Assembly (NCBI GenBank): GCA_963662315.1
Contig: OY759353.1
Coordinates: forward strand, 1,408,001 to 1,472,000
DNA from: Geopsychrobacteraceae bacterium
GTDB taxonomy: Bacteria; Desulfobacterota; Desulfuromonadia; Desulfuromonadales; Geopsychrobacteraceae
Direction of reading: 5' to 3'
DNA: 64,000 nucleotides
The translations under genes were made by a program, and so were the position numbers. Of this stretch, positions 26,509 through 36,662 are shown in pieces (position 1 is the first letter of the stretch; each line of letters begins with the position of its first letter). The notes below the pieces were generated by a model. That model ran no database searches and was not told the origin of the DNA. It was given only the letters and a program-made list of their open reading frames with translations.

Positions 26509-27333
26509 ATGGATCACAGCTATACCAAAGCCGCCGATACCATCAGTCAGGCCTCTGCCTTGCTCATCACAGCAGGGGCTGGCCTTGGTGTGGATTCGGG
26601 ATTGCCAGACTTTCGGGGGGACAACGGCTTCTGGAATGCATACCCCATGTATGAGCGCCTTGGTATGAGTTTCGTTCAGGCCGCCAATCCACAGAATTTT
26701 GACGGTGATCCGGCGTTTGGCTGGGGTTTCTACGGTCACCGCACCAATCTTTATCGCCAAACTGTCCCGCATGCTGGCTTTGCACTTCTAAAGGACTGGA
26801 TTAAACAGTTCAATCTGGATCACTTTGTCGTTACCTCAAATGTTGACGGCCAGTTCCAGAAGGCTGGTTTTAAAGAAGAACAGATTCTGGAGGTTCATGG
26901 GTCCATTCATCATTTACAGTGCACTATCCCATGTTGCCAGAAAATTTGGCCCAATAAGGAAATAATCAATATTGATGAAACAACCATGCGCGCCCTGACT
27001 ATTCCCCTGTGCCCACATTGTCACCAGGTGGCGCGGCCGAATATTCTCATGTTTGGCGATTACTCCTGGCTCTATCAACGTACCGGACTGCAGGAAGAAC
27101 AGTTTGAGCGGTTTATGCAAAAGAACCGAAAAGGCCCGCTGGTCGTTATTGAAATGGGAGCAGGTACTGCGATCCCAACCATCAGACATCTGAGTGAACA
27201 GACCGGTCGGCAACCGACCTGTACTGTCATCCGTATCAACCCCAGGGAGCCCCAGATTACAGCGCCACACATCAGCATCGCTGAAGGGAGCCTAGCCGCA
27301 TTGCAGAACATTCAAATGCTCATGGACGATTAG
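26509..27333 (+). CDS. Sir2 family NAD-dependent deacylase
   Basis: AGAGLGVDSGLPDFRG, TSNVDG, EVHGSI, Zn-binding Cys pairs, RPNILMFGD, IRINP. Confidence 0.9.
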   Translation: MDHSYTKAADTISQASALLITAGAGLGVDSGLPDFRGDNGFWNAYPMYERLGMSFVQAANPQNFDGDPAFGWGFYGHRTNLYRQTVPHAGFALLKDWIKQFNLDHFVVTSNVDGQFQKAGFKEEQILEVHGSIHHLQCTIPCCQKIWPNKEIINIDETTMRALTIPLCPHCHQVARPNILMFGDYSWLYQRTGLQEEQFERFMQKNRKGPLVVIEMGAGTAIPTIRHLSEQTGRQPTCTVIRINPREPQITAPHISIAEGSLAALQNIQMLMDD

Positions 27334-27381
27334 TTCCGTATAGAACCCGCAACAGAAGCTGAAGCCTTACTTGGTCCATTC

Positions 27382-27410
27382 TTGACAACAATACCACGAA
27401 ATGAAATAAT
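27382..27410 (+). promoter_or_regulatory. sigma70-type promoter
   Basis: TTGACA-N17-AATAAT upstream of 27508. Confidence 0.55.
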
Positions 27411-27507
27411 ACCGAATTCATGGGGGGATTAAATGAAAAGGAGAGATAATTACTACGGATAATATTATTTTAACTCTACAAAAACCCAATTCAACAAGGG
27501 CTCGGTT

Positions 27508-28335
27508 ATGGCCAGAAAAAAAATGGGAGAGATACTGCTTGAAAAGCAGCTTATTTCTCAGCAAGATCTGGAGAAAGCGCTTCTGAAACAAAAAGGCCAA
27601 CACAAACCACTAGGTCAGATCCTTGAGGACATGGATCTGGTTCTTGAGGAGGACATAGCCCAAACACTTGCCATACAGTTTAACTTTCCTTACGTAAAGA
27701 AAATTGCCCGCTTCAAATTTCCAGCAGAGCTTCTTGCCATGGTTGATGGAAGCCTGGCTCTAAAAAAGCTTTTATTCCCCCTCAAGGTCCAAGATAAAAC
27801 CCTATACCTGGCCATGGCTAATCCTCTCGACATGCCAATCCAGAGCGATCTGGCTTTTAAATTAGGGATCCGTATTTCACCTTGTGTTGCCACGTCCACG
27901 GAACTGCGTGAAGCGATAAAGGTTCATTATCATAAAGAAAGCAAAGCGAACCAATTAACACACTCATCACAGCCGACAATCCTGGTCGTCGACAACCAAC
28001 CCCTCATATTATCTACTCTTGAGAGTCTGCTAAAGCAGGAGGGCTATGCTGTTCACCTAGCTCATAATGGCTATGAGGGGCTGGAACTGGCCCAACAGCT
28101 GCAACCTGACTTGGTCATTTCAGAGCTCAACCTGGCCCAAATAGATGGTACGAGATTATTTAGCGAGATCCGCAATACTTCAAACATGGAAGACACAAAA
28201 GTTATCATCTTCACGATCAAGGCGAGTGCGGAAGAGGAAGCTCGACTTCTGGATATGGGCGTAGATGATTTTATCGCCAAACCTTTACAGCCTCAAAGAT
28301 TACTGGCAAGAGTCAGAAAAACCTTACGCCGCTGA
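27508..28335 (+). CDS. MshEN/T2SSE_N domain plus atypical receiver-domain protein
   Basis: KMGEILL..LEKAL..Q and PLGQIL repeats, LAMANPLD; C-terminal REC with Glu at the phosphoacceptor site (DLVISEL). Confidence 0.85.
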   Translation: MARKKMGEILLEKQLISQQDLEKALLKQKGQHKPLGQILEDMDLVLEEDIAQTLAIQFNFPYVKKIARFKFPAELLAMVDGSLALKKLLFPLKVQDKTLYLAMANPLDMPIQSDLAFKLGIRISPCVATSTELREAIKVHYHKESKANQLTHSSQPTILVVDNQPLILSTLESLLKQEGYAVHLAHNGYEGLELAQQLQPDLVISELNLAQIDGTRLFSEIRNTSNMEDTKVIIFTIKASAEEEARLLDMGVDDFIAKPLQPQRLLARVRKTLRR

Positions 28336-28359
28336 CGCCTGGTCAAATAAACACAAAGG

Positions 28360-29550
28360 TCACAGCAGCCAGAGATCTTCACTGGCATAGGTCAGGCGCT
28401 TGATACCGTCTGCAGCAACCCGCCAGGTGTTTTCAATTCCTACGGTGCCAAGACCGGGGAACACGGCTTTAGGCTCAAAAGCAAAGACCATTCCCTCAAC
28501 CAGAATATCATCATAAAAACCCCGGGCGATAAAGGGATATTCGTCAATTTCGATCCCGATACCATGCCCGACAAAAGAGACCTGTGCCCCCTTTCCGCCC
28601 ATGAAATGATCGGCGTAGCCTTGCTGTTTCGCCATTTCAACACAGCTGTCATAAAGAGAACCCCAGGTCACTCCGGGGCGAGCCAGGGCAAAAAGGTGTT
28701 CCTGGATAGCTAGCATATCGTGATAAGCCCTGTGCAGAGGTTCAGCAACTGAGCCAAGCGCAAAGGTCCTGGTCTGGTCTACCAGATAACCATCATAAGC
28801 AATAATGAAATCAACAATGATCGGTTCCCCGGCCGCTATGGTTTTATAGCCTGCCCCTTGCGCCACCGCCGGGTTGAGTCCTAAACCACCAAGGGGAGCA
28901 TCAAGATAGGTGGGGACAGCGCCATCTGAGCCTGAAAAAACATGGGGATTGTTCAGTTCCGAGTTAAAGCGACGAAACCGGGTTACTCCCTGATGACCCT
29001 GCTTGCGCGCATAACATTCTATTTCTGCGGCGATATCAATATCCGCTTTGCCTTCGGCAATAATGGTCTTGGTGAATTCATAAGTCTTATTGGCAATAAA
29101 AGAACAGTCTTTAAGGATTTCGATTTCATAGGGGCTCTTACAGGCCCGCACGGTCCTGATTGCCGGGGAGATATTCACCATTGCAGCCTGTGGAAAAAGT
29201 CGCTGATAGCTGTTCATTATCTGCACCGGTAGAACATCGAGTTCCAAACCAACCCGCTGCGGTGAGTTGTGACCAAATTGCTTCAGAATATCCACAACAT
29301 CACGTAAACTGTCTATTCCGACCACATGTTGTAATCCACATTCCATCCGTGCCCGGCTATGATCTTTTATGACCATATAAACAGGTTCGCCAGCAACCGG
29401 AATAAACAGTAATCCACGTTGTATCGATCCAGTGAAGTAGAATAGATCACTATTCTGAACAATGAGCGCAGCATCAATATTTTCATCAGTCAGATGCTTT
29501 TGAAAATTTTCATAACGCGTCTGAAGTTCTGTCAGTGGAGTAATACGCAT
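28360..29550 (-). CDS. M24 family Xaa-Pro peptidase
   Basis: DLFYFTG, VDQTRT, GHGIGIEIDE, EPK, GIENT. Confidence 0.9.
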   Translation of the reverse strand: MRITPLTELQTRYENFQKHLTDENIDAALIVQNSDLFYFTGSIQRGLLFIPVAGEPVYMVIKDHSRARMECGLQHVVGIDSLRDVVDILKQFGHNSPQRVGLELDVLPVQIMNSYQRLFPQAAMVNISPAIRTVRACKSPYEIEILKDCSFIANKTYEFTKTIIAEGKADIDIAAEIECYARKQGHQGVTRFRRFNSELNNPHVFSGSDGAVPTYLDAPLGGLGLNPAVAQGAGYKTIAAGEPIIVDFIIAYDGYLVDQTRTFALGSVAEPLHRAYHDMLAIQEHLFALARPGVTWGSLYDSCVEMAKQQGYADHFMGGKGAQVSFVGHGIGIEIDEYPFIARGFYDDILVEGMVFAFEPKAVFPGLGTVGIENTWRVAADGIKRLTYASEDLWLL

Positions 29551-29869
29551 AAGCTTCCTCTAGTTGTCCTTACGAATAAAAACCATTGAAATATTAAACA
29601 GTTAAAAACAACAGTGGGTATCAGGTGGAGAGGTAATCCAACTCGAAAAAAAATCCAGAAATGCACTTTTTGTCAAGAAAAAAGTCCTCTTTTTTCGTTT
29701 TTTTCAGCGATTATCACAACCTTATTTTTTGCACTTTTTTTAGGCAAAGCGGACAAGCGGCCTTTCTTCCGTAGGAAATGAAAATGAATCGACAGTTTTT
29801 CACAATGCTATCCACAGGCTCTGTGAACTCATAAATTCTGACCAAAAAACTCAGCCAGAATCACCATGC

Positions 29870-30370
29870 TTACTTGACAGCACAATCTGCAGGATCACCC
29901 TTGAGCTTTGCCAGGGCGTGAGAAAGCGCAGGTAAAAGTACAGCAAAGTTCTCGCGAACCCCTTTAGGACTTCCGGGAAGATTGATAATGATAGACTGTG
30001 CACGGACCCCGACCAGAGCCCGGGATATCATGGCATGTGGTGTCTTTTGCATACTGGCATAGCGCATCGCTTCGGCCATTCCGGGGATTTCATAATCAAG
30101 GACAGCGGCTGTCGCCTGAGGAGTGACGTCGCGGGGACTCAATCCGGTACCACCGGTTGTTAATATGAGATCAAGATGCAGGTCATCGACCCAACTTTTT
30201 AGCAGCATGGTGATAGTACTTTCTTCGTCTGCTATGACCTGATACCTGTGGATATCTCCAAGCTCCTTGGCCATTTCACTCAGAACACGGCCACTTTCAT
30301 CTTCACGTTCCCCGCGTGAACCTTTGTCCGAAAGAGTCAATACTCCGATTTTATAAGATAATTCCTTCAT
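29870..30370 (-). CDS. mogA: Molybdopterin adenylyltransferase (MogA/MoaB)
   Basis: LTLSDKG..REDESG, TTGGTGLSPRDVTP, NLPGSPKG. Confidence 0.92.
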   Translation of the reverse strand: MKELSYKIGVLTLSDKGSRGEREDESGRVLSEMAKELGDIHRYQVIADEESTITMLLKSWVDDLHLDLILTTGGTGLSPRDVTPQATAAVLDYEIPGMAEAMRYASMQKTPHAMISRALVGVRAQSIIINLPGSPKGVRENFAVLLPALSHALAKLKGDPADCAVK

Positions 30371-30457
30371 ATAATCCTCTACTGGAAATGCTGCTCTTAA
30401 GATATAGAATATTCAGTCGACTCAACTGGTGCGTCAGGAGAGCTTAGTTAGTATGAC

Positions 30458-31504
30458 TCAAGGTCTCTTTTTAGTCATTAACATGCGACGCGCGTTATTC
30501 ACAATAACCTGTGTCACATTTTTACTCTTAGACAATTCTTTGATATCCCGCTCAGATAAAAAGCCCATAAACTTGATGGCCTGCTGTAATGGCGTACGTG
30601 GATGGTGGACCAGAGCTTTTTTCATATCATATAGTTTAATCCAGTCCCGGTTCAGCAGGATAATTCTGATCAGTTCCTCCTGGGCGGTACGGTTCTTGGC
30701 CACACTAAGAACTTCACCTTCTGTAATCCGCGGGTTTTTGAGGACTGCGGTACAGACCTGTTTATTCGGTTCTCGAATCAGCAAGGTCCGCCACTCTTTA
30801 TCTCCGGTAAGTGCCATTTTTATCTTTTCGGAAACCGACATTTCCTGAAGCAATTGATATTTGGAAAGACCATCGCTCTCCTCGTCCCCTTCCTCATAGC
30901 CTCTTTCATCGGGATCACCCTCTTCATCGTCATCACCAAAATCAAGATCACGGGTCTTGGATTCTTGCTGCTGCGCAGGATCTTTCTGGGTCTTTTCAAC
31001 AGGCTCCGTCCACCCCAAACGAATCTTAGTCAACTTGTTGGTATTGGGGTTATTGATAATGGTCGTTCTGATAACATCGGCCTTACGCAGCACTTCATCA
31101 TTAAGGGCCAGAATTTCCAGTATTTCGCCATGACTTTTCTGAGCCAGAAACAGTAAGGATCGAATCGCTGTCATCGGATGGCGAATAACCTCCTGCATGA
31201 CAATCGTGTCCTGGTAACGCAAATGGGTGATGAGATCTATAATGGACGGATGCAGCTCCGGCTGTGCCAGGGCTGCCAGCAAGATATTGGCAGGCAATGT
31301 CTGTAAAGTGTTTAATGCCTCGTCCTTTAATTCCTGATTTTCACCATGATAAAAAACAAACAGGACCATGACAAGGTTTGATCCCGACATGGGAACAGCA
31401 CCTCGCGCTGCGGCCAGCCGCATCTGGTGCCCGCCCCATTTACTCATGATGCGAGCAACCTCAGCTGGAATCTTCAGACGAATTTTTTCATTTTCCGGTT
31501 TCAT
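30458..31504 (-). CDS. Conserved hypothetical helical-repeat protein (deltaproteobacterial type)
   Basis: 348-aa ORF in operon position; EKIKMALTGDKEWRTLLIR, VLKNPRITEGEV motifs and an acidic linker. Confidence 0.75.
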   Translation of the reverse strand: MKPENEKIRLKIPAEVARIMSKWGGHQMRLAAARGAVPMSGSNLVMVLFVFYHGENQELKDEALNTLQTLPANILLAALAQPELHPSIIDLITHLRYQDTIVMQEVIRHPMTAIRSLLFLAQKSHGEILEILALNDEVLRKADVIRTTIINNPNTNKLTKIRLGWTEPVEKTQKDPAQQQESKTRDLDFGDDDEEGDPDERGYEEGDEESDGLSKYQLLQEMSVSEKIKMALTGDKEWRTLLIREPNKQVCTAVLKNPRITEGEVLSVAKNRTAQEELIRIILLNRDWIKLYDMKKALVHHPRTPLQQAIKFMGFLSERDIKELSKSKNVTQVIVNNARRMLMTKKRP

Positions 31505-31578
31505 ATCAATATCATACAGTTCTAAAAATCAAACATTCCAAGATGTAACAACGGAAAAGAGCTATTTCCACCTGAAAA

Positions 31579-32460
31579 CTATTTAACGACATTTTTTTGA
31601 ACATGAATCCCCTTGTCAGAAAATTCCTTTTCCAGCTCAATGCTGATTGGCTCAGAAATATCCTTAAGTCTAAGAATTCTCCCCTGCTTATTCATTTCGG
31701 CGTCAACCTGGACAACCGTGATATTTTTCTGGGCAAGGTCCTGACTAAGCATATCGGCCCGGTTCTGATCAACAAAAGACCCGGCATAGACAGCAAGCAT
31801 ATCACCGGCAGGTAGGACAAAAGAATCGCGAAAACCAGCAGAGACCATCTCAGCAAGCCTTTTCCGGGCCACGTCGGGCGCATAAACACCTTCACGTAAA
31901 CGCATCATTGTTATTGGACCGCTACCAGCCTCACTGACAAACAGCAAGCCTTTTGCTTTAAGATAGGCCTCCCCCTCATGCAAGCGCGATTTCGTTATAA
32001 AGGGTCCAATAATTACATCGTATGTCTTTTCTGCGTCATTAAGATCTGCATTGGCAACGGTTTTTTCGGGTATTTTTTCCGCAGCAGAAATAACCTCAGA
32101 GACCAATTTAGCGACCTCATCTTTCACCGGTTCATTTTCAATTGTCGCAGGAATTGAGAGGTCTTGAACTTGAACAACAGCACGGGGTAAGCGTTCTGGG
32201 ACCGGAATCCTTTCGCTCTGAAACAACATCTGCGCCCCAGGCTTCTGAACCGGTTGGAAAAAAATGGATCTATCAATAAACAGTCCGCAGACAAGCAGAA
32301 CAAGAACCAGGCAAACAACCAGAATAAACCATTGAGCCAGACGCCGGTCACGCTTCTGGACCGGATGAACCTCCCGCTGAATAACATCATCAAGACGCGA
32401 GCTGCTGCCCTCCTGGCAGCTGATGTCTGAGTTCTCTGTAGAGGGATCCTGATCAGTCAT
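31579..32460 (-). CDS. Single-pass membrane protein with a probable SPOR domain
   Basis: N-terminal TM; C-terminal AVYAGSFVDQNRA-type SPOR motif. Confidence 0.65.
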   Translation of the reverse strand: MTDQDPSTENSDISCQEGSSSRLDDVIQREVHPVQKRDRRLAQWFILVVCLVLVLLVCGLFIDRSIFFQPVQKPGAQMLFQSERIPVPERLPRAVVQVQDLSIPATIENEPVKDEVAKLVSEVISAAEKIPEKTVANADLNDAEKTYDVIIGPFITKSRLHEGEAYLKAKGLLFVSEAGSGPITMMRLREGVYAPDVARKRLAEMVSAGFRDSFVLPAGDMLAVYAGSFVDQNRADMLSQDLAQKNITVVQVDAEMNKQGRILRLKDISEPISIELEKEFSDKGIHVQKNVVK

Positions 32461-32691
32461 TTTTTACTCCACTGCTGTTTTTTCAAAAACGAGACTCAAG
32501 CGCTATCGGCCATATTCTAAAAGGACCAAAGAAAGAAATCATCATAAAACACGAAAGGCACTCACAAAGGTGCCTCACGTTGCAACAGTTGATCTGCCCC
32601 CTGAACCGGTTGCGAGCTATAGACAAACCGGCAAGGCAGGTATGCAGCCCCAAGCAGAGGGGCACCTTGACAGGTGCCCTTCTTTGTTTGG

Positions 32692-34773
32692 TCAGGACTC
32701 CGCAGCTGCCATTTCTTCCAGAATTTTTGCAGTCTGATGGGTTGGAACTTCTTCGTAACGGACAAATTCCATGGTAAACATGCCACGGTCGGAGGTCATT
32801 GAACGTAATTCTGGTGCATACCGCAGAACCTCGGACATAGGCACTTCAGCCCGGATTACCTGGGCATTGGCCAGAGGTTCAACGCCGACAACCCGCCCGC
32901 GGCGCGAATTCAGATCACCGATGACATCGCCCATACAATCATCCGGAACCGTCACTTCCATGGCCATAACAGGCTCAAGAAGAACCGGTTTACACTGCTC
33001 CATCGCCTTTTTAAAGGCCATCGATCCGGCGACCTTGAACGCCATCTCGGATGAATCGACGGAATGGTGAGAGCCATCATAAAGAGAAACCTGAACATCG
33101 ACGACCGGATTCTTGGTTAAAGGACCAGTCTTCATCGCCTCCTGAATCCCCTTGTCGACGGCAGGAATATAATTCCGCGGCACAACACCACCAACAACAT
33201 TATCGACAAACTCATACCCTTCACCACGCTGCAGGGGTTTGACTTCAATCCAGACATCGCCATACTGGCCACGTCCACCGGATTGCTTTTTGTATTTTCC
33301 CTGGACCTTGGTGGATGCTTTGATAGTTTCGCGGTACGGGACCTTGGGCTCTTTTAAAATAACATCGGCCCCATATTTGCGCTTCAACCGCTCAACGGCA
33401 ACTTCAAGATGAATCTGCCCCATGCCGGACAGAACCATTTCTTTTGTTTCTTCATCACGGGTAACACGCAACGTAGGATCTTCTTCCATCAAGCGCTGCA
33501 TACCTGTATAGATTTTATCTTCATCCCCTTTGGATTTCCCTTCAATGGCAAAGGAGATAATTGGCTTCAATGGCACCAAAGGCTCAAAAAGAACGGGCTG
33601 CTTCACATCACACAGCGTATCGCCGGTAGCGGTGACTTTCAGTTTCGGTACGGCAATAATGTCACCGGCAGCGGCAAGCGCCATCGGAACCTGCTTCTTC
33701 CCTTCCAGCTCAAAGATATGCCCGATGCGTTCCTTTTCATCCTTGTTTGGATTCAGAACCACATCATCAACAGACAAGGTTCCTGAATAGACTCGCATAA
33801 GGCTCAGTTTGCCAGCATACGGATCATTGATGGTTTTGAATACCATGGCCGAAAACGGCTCATCTTCACAAGGTTTACGTTCAACAGGTTCTTTGCTGCC
33901 AGGCTTAACACCCAGCTGGGTTCCTTTGTCAACCGGGGACGGCAAACAGATCACGATATAATCAAGAAGCTGACGAATACCGATATTCGCCAGGGCGCTG
34001 CCACACAAAACGGGGGTAAAAACACCCGTCAAAGTACCTTCACGCAAGCCTTGCAAGATTTCATTCTCACTCAGATCCTCACCTTCCAGGTATTTTTCCA
34101 TCAGGTCGTCATCAGCTTCAGCGATAGCTTCAATCAGCTGTTCACGTAAGCGCTGTGCTTCGGGCATCATATCAGCGGGGATATCTTCTTCCTTATAGGT
34201 CCCTTTTTCATCGAACTGGAAAATACGGGCTTTCATTTTGATCAGGTCAACAATCCCCTTGAAGGACTCTTCAGCACCAATCGGCATGGTGATGACCACC
34301 GCCCGGGCACCAAGGGATTTTTCCATATCATCAACGGCCTTCAGAAAGTCGGCGCGTTCACGATCCATTTTGTTGACAAATGCGATGCGCGGAACTTCGA
34401 AATCATCACACCATTTCCAGATCTGCTTGGTCTGGGCTTTGGTTCCGCTGATGGCTGAGACAATGACAACCGCACCACCCAGCACACGCAGGCAGCGGCG
34501 GGCATCATGGAGGAAATTGCTAACACCGGGAGTATCAACAATATGCAAACTGTGGTCGTTCCAAGTACAGTGATTCAAACTGGCGCTGAGAGTAGACTTG
34601 CGTTTAATTTCCTCTTCTTCAAAGTCCATTGAAGAAGTTCCATTATCAACCTTCCCCAATTTGTCAGACATGCCGGTATTAAACAGCATGGCTTCAACCA
34701 GAGAAGTTTTGCCGGCACTATTGTGTGCGACAATGCCAAGATTTCTCAATTTCGATGTGTCGTATTTACCCAT
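32692..34773 (-). CDS. fusA: Elongation factor G paralogue (EF-G2 type)
   Basis: AHNSAGKTS, DTPG, NKMD, GMGQIHLEV, KKQSGGRGQYG, GSHHSVDSSEMAF; ATG 34773 after AAGGAG. Confidence 0.93.
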   Translation of the reverse strand: MGKYDTSKLRNLGIVAHNSAGKTSLVEAMLFNTGMSDKLGKVDNGTSSMDFEEEEIKRKSTLSASLNHCTWNDHSLHIVDTPGVSNFLHDARRCLRVLGGAVVIVSAISGTKAQTKQIWKWCDDFEVPRIAFVNKMDRERADFLKAVDDMEKSLGARAVVITMPIGAEESFKGIVDLIKMKARIFQFDEKGTYKEEDIPADMMPEAQRLREQLIEAIAEADDDLMEKYLEGEDLSENEILQGLREGTLTGVFTPVLCGSALANIGIRQLLDYIVICLPSPVDKGTQLGVKPGSKEPVERKPCEDEPFSAMVFKTINDPYAGKLSLMRVYSGTLSVDDVVLNPNKDEKERIGHIFELEGKKQVPMALAAAGDIIAVPKLKVTATGDTLCDVKQPVLFEPLVPLKPIISFAIEGKSKGDEDKIYTGMQRLMEEDPTLRVTRDEETKEMVLSGMGQIHLEVAVERLKRKYGADVILKEPKVPYRETIKASTKVQGKYKKQSGGRGQYGDVWIEVKPLQRGEGYEFVDNVVGGVVPRNYIPAVDKGIQEAMKTGPLTKNPVVDVQVSLYDGSHHSVDSSEMAFKVAGSMAFKKAMEQCKPVLLEPVMAMEVTVPDDCMGDVIGDLNSRRGRVVGVEPLANAQVIRAEVPMSEVLRYAPELRSMTSDRGMFTMEFVRYEEVPTHQTAKILEEMAAAES

Positions 34774-34883
34774 GAATCGCTCCTTTTCAAAAAAGCCTGC
34801 TATGGAGTTACTGGTGAAAACAGGTCTCCATCTCATTAGTGCAGACGCACTAAATAACAGGGTATAAGGTGACAACAACCAGT

Positions 34884-35651
34884 TTAATCTCTATTCCTTT
34901 CGTAAATTATGCGCAGTCCATCCAGGGTTAAAAAGGGTTCGACCTGATCGATACAGTCAGTAGCGGCTGCAATCGGAGCCGAGAGCCCTCCTGTGGCAAT
35001 GACCTTCGTATTTTTTTTCATCTCCTCCTTCATCCGGCTGACAATCCCTTCGACCAGTCCGACGTAACCAAAGAAGATTCCTGCCTGCATGCTATTTACG
35101 GTGTTTTTGGCAATAATCTGTGCGGGACGGGCAAACTCGACCCGCGGTAACTTACTGGCACGTTCAAATAACGCATCGGACGCGATACCGACCCCGGGAG
35201 AAATAGCGCCACCTAAATAGCAGCCATCATCGGAGACCACGTCAAAGGTTGTGGCGGTACCGAAATCAACAACGATTAATCCTTCATGGTATTTTTCATA
35301 AGCGGCGACAGCATTAACAATCCGATCAGCGCCGACCTCACGCGGATTGTCATACAGTATCTTCATACCGGTTTTAATTCCCGGGCCAACAACATAGGGG
35401 GTCAGATGAAAATATTTACGACAAAGGCCATCGACAGTGTTAAGCATGGAAGGGACAACACTGGAGACGATAACATCCCTGAGATCACTGAAATTCAGAC
35501 CGGAGAGCCGAAACAGATCATTGATCAGCATCGCATACTCATCTACAGTACGATACTTGCTGGTCCCAACGCGCCAATCCTGCTTCAGCTCTGCTCCCTG
35601 GTAAATGCCAAGGACGGTATTACTGTTTCCAACATCAATCACCAACAGCAT
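34884..35651 (-). CDS. coaX: Type III pantothenate kinase
   Basis: [30 protein letters not shown]. Confidence 0.96.
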   Translation of the reverse strand: MLLVIDVGNSNTVLGIYQGAELKQDWRVGTSKYRTVDEYAMLINDLFRLSGLNFSDLRDVIVSSVVPSMLNTVDGLCRKYFHLTPYVVGPGIKTGMKILYDNPREVGADRIVNAVAAYEKYHEGLIVVDFGTATTFDVVSDDGCYLGGAISPGVGIASDALFERASKLPRVEFARPAQIIAKNTVNSMQAGIFFGYVGLVEGIVSRMKEEMKKNTKVIATGGLSAPIAAATDCIDQVEPFLTLDGLRIIYERNRD

Positions 35652-35669
35652 ATGGGTCTCAACCTTCTT

Positions 35670-36650
35670 TTATAGAGCAAACGGCTTCACATCGCCGCTG
35701 ACAATTTTACTGATAACACCGTCCTCACCCTGAAGCAGTAAGGCACCATCACTATCCAAGCCAACAACGGTACCGACCTGCACAACATCACCCTGTTCAA
35801 CCCGTACCTGCTGATTCATGATATTGCAACGTGCTTCCCAGCGTTTGCGAATGGGAGCAAAACCCTCGGTAAGAAGTTCAAGGTAGTAGCGATCAAGGGT
35901 TTGCAGCAGCTGCCTTGCAAATGCACAGCGGTCAACCAGCTTGCCGCTGAGCAGAAAAGCAGAGGTCGCCGGATAATTCTGCCGCTCGGGGAGCTGTTCG
36001 GCAGTAATATTGAGATTGACCCCCATGCCCAGTACAACAAAATGAATCAACTCCGTCTCGGCACTCATTTCGTTAAGCAGCCCGGCAATCTTCAACCCGT
36101 CAACCAAAATGTCATTAGGCCACTTCACCTGAGCCGTCAATCCACAACAGGTTTCGATTGTTTCAGCAACACTAACGGCAGAAAGAAAGGTTAACTGAGG
36201 AGCCTTCTGCACCGGAATCCGGGGTCTGAGCAAAACCGAACAGTAAAGATTGACACCCGGCGGGGAAACCCAGCTACGCCCCAGACGACCGCGCCCTGCC
36301 GTTTGCTGGTCAGCCAGGACAACAAGCCCCTCGCCGGCGCCATTTTCACCGGCCTGGCGGGTGTAGATGTTGGTTGAATCAATCTCAGGAAAGGTTTCTA
36401 CTGAACCGCCGATAATCTGGACATCAAGATCCTTTTTGATGTCAGCAGCAAGTAGCAAATCAGGGCTGTCGATTAGGCTGTAACCGGCAGAGTGTTTGGA
36501 ATCGATGCGAAAACCTAATTCGCGCAGGGCTTTGACCTGTTTCCAGACCGCAGCACGAGAGATATTCAGCGTATCACTGATTTCCTGCCCGGAAACATAT
36601 TGTCCGGGCCTTTCCCGAAAAAAATTTAAGATCCGATCGCGCGAGGTCAA
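35670..36650 (-). CDS. birA: Biotin-protein ligase with an N-terminal HTH
   Basis: SRAAVWKQ HTH, DSTN, QTAGRGRLGRSW, KWPND, KIAGLL. Confidence 0.96.
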   Translation of the reverse strand: MTSRDRILNFFRERPGQYVSGQEISDTLNISRAAVWKQVKALRELGFRIDSKHSAGYSLIDSPDLLLAADIKKDLDVQIIGGSVETFPEIDSTNIYTRQAGENGAGEGLVVLADQQTAGRGRLGRSWVSPPGVNLYCSVLLRPRIPVQKAPQLTFLSAVSVAETIETCCGLTAQVKWPNDILVDGLKIAGLLNEMSAETELIHFVVLGMGVNLNITAEQLPERQNYPATSAFLLSGKLVDRCAFARQLLQTLDRYYLELLTEGFAPIRKRWEARCNIMNQQVRVEQGDVVQVGTVVGLDSDGALLLQGEDGVISKIVSGDVKPFAL

Positions 36651-36662
36651 TGTGGCTCCATA

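Noticed and set aside
26509..27333. Sir2 as an anti-phage effector (Thoeris/DSR type)
   Set aside because: Short classical zinc-binding sirtuin in a housekeeping operon with no defence partners
29550..29870. Chromosomal origin oriC
   Set aside because: The boxes are few and degenerate, and there is no dnaA/dnaN/gidA neighbourhood; kept only as a low-level finding
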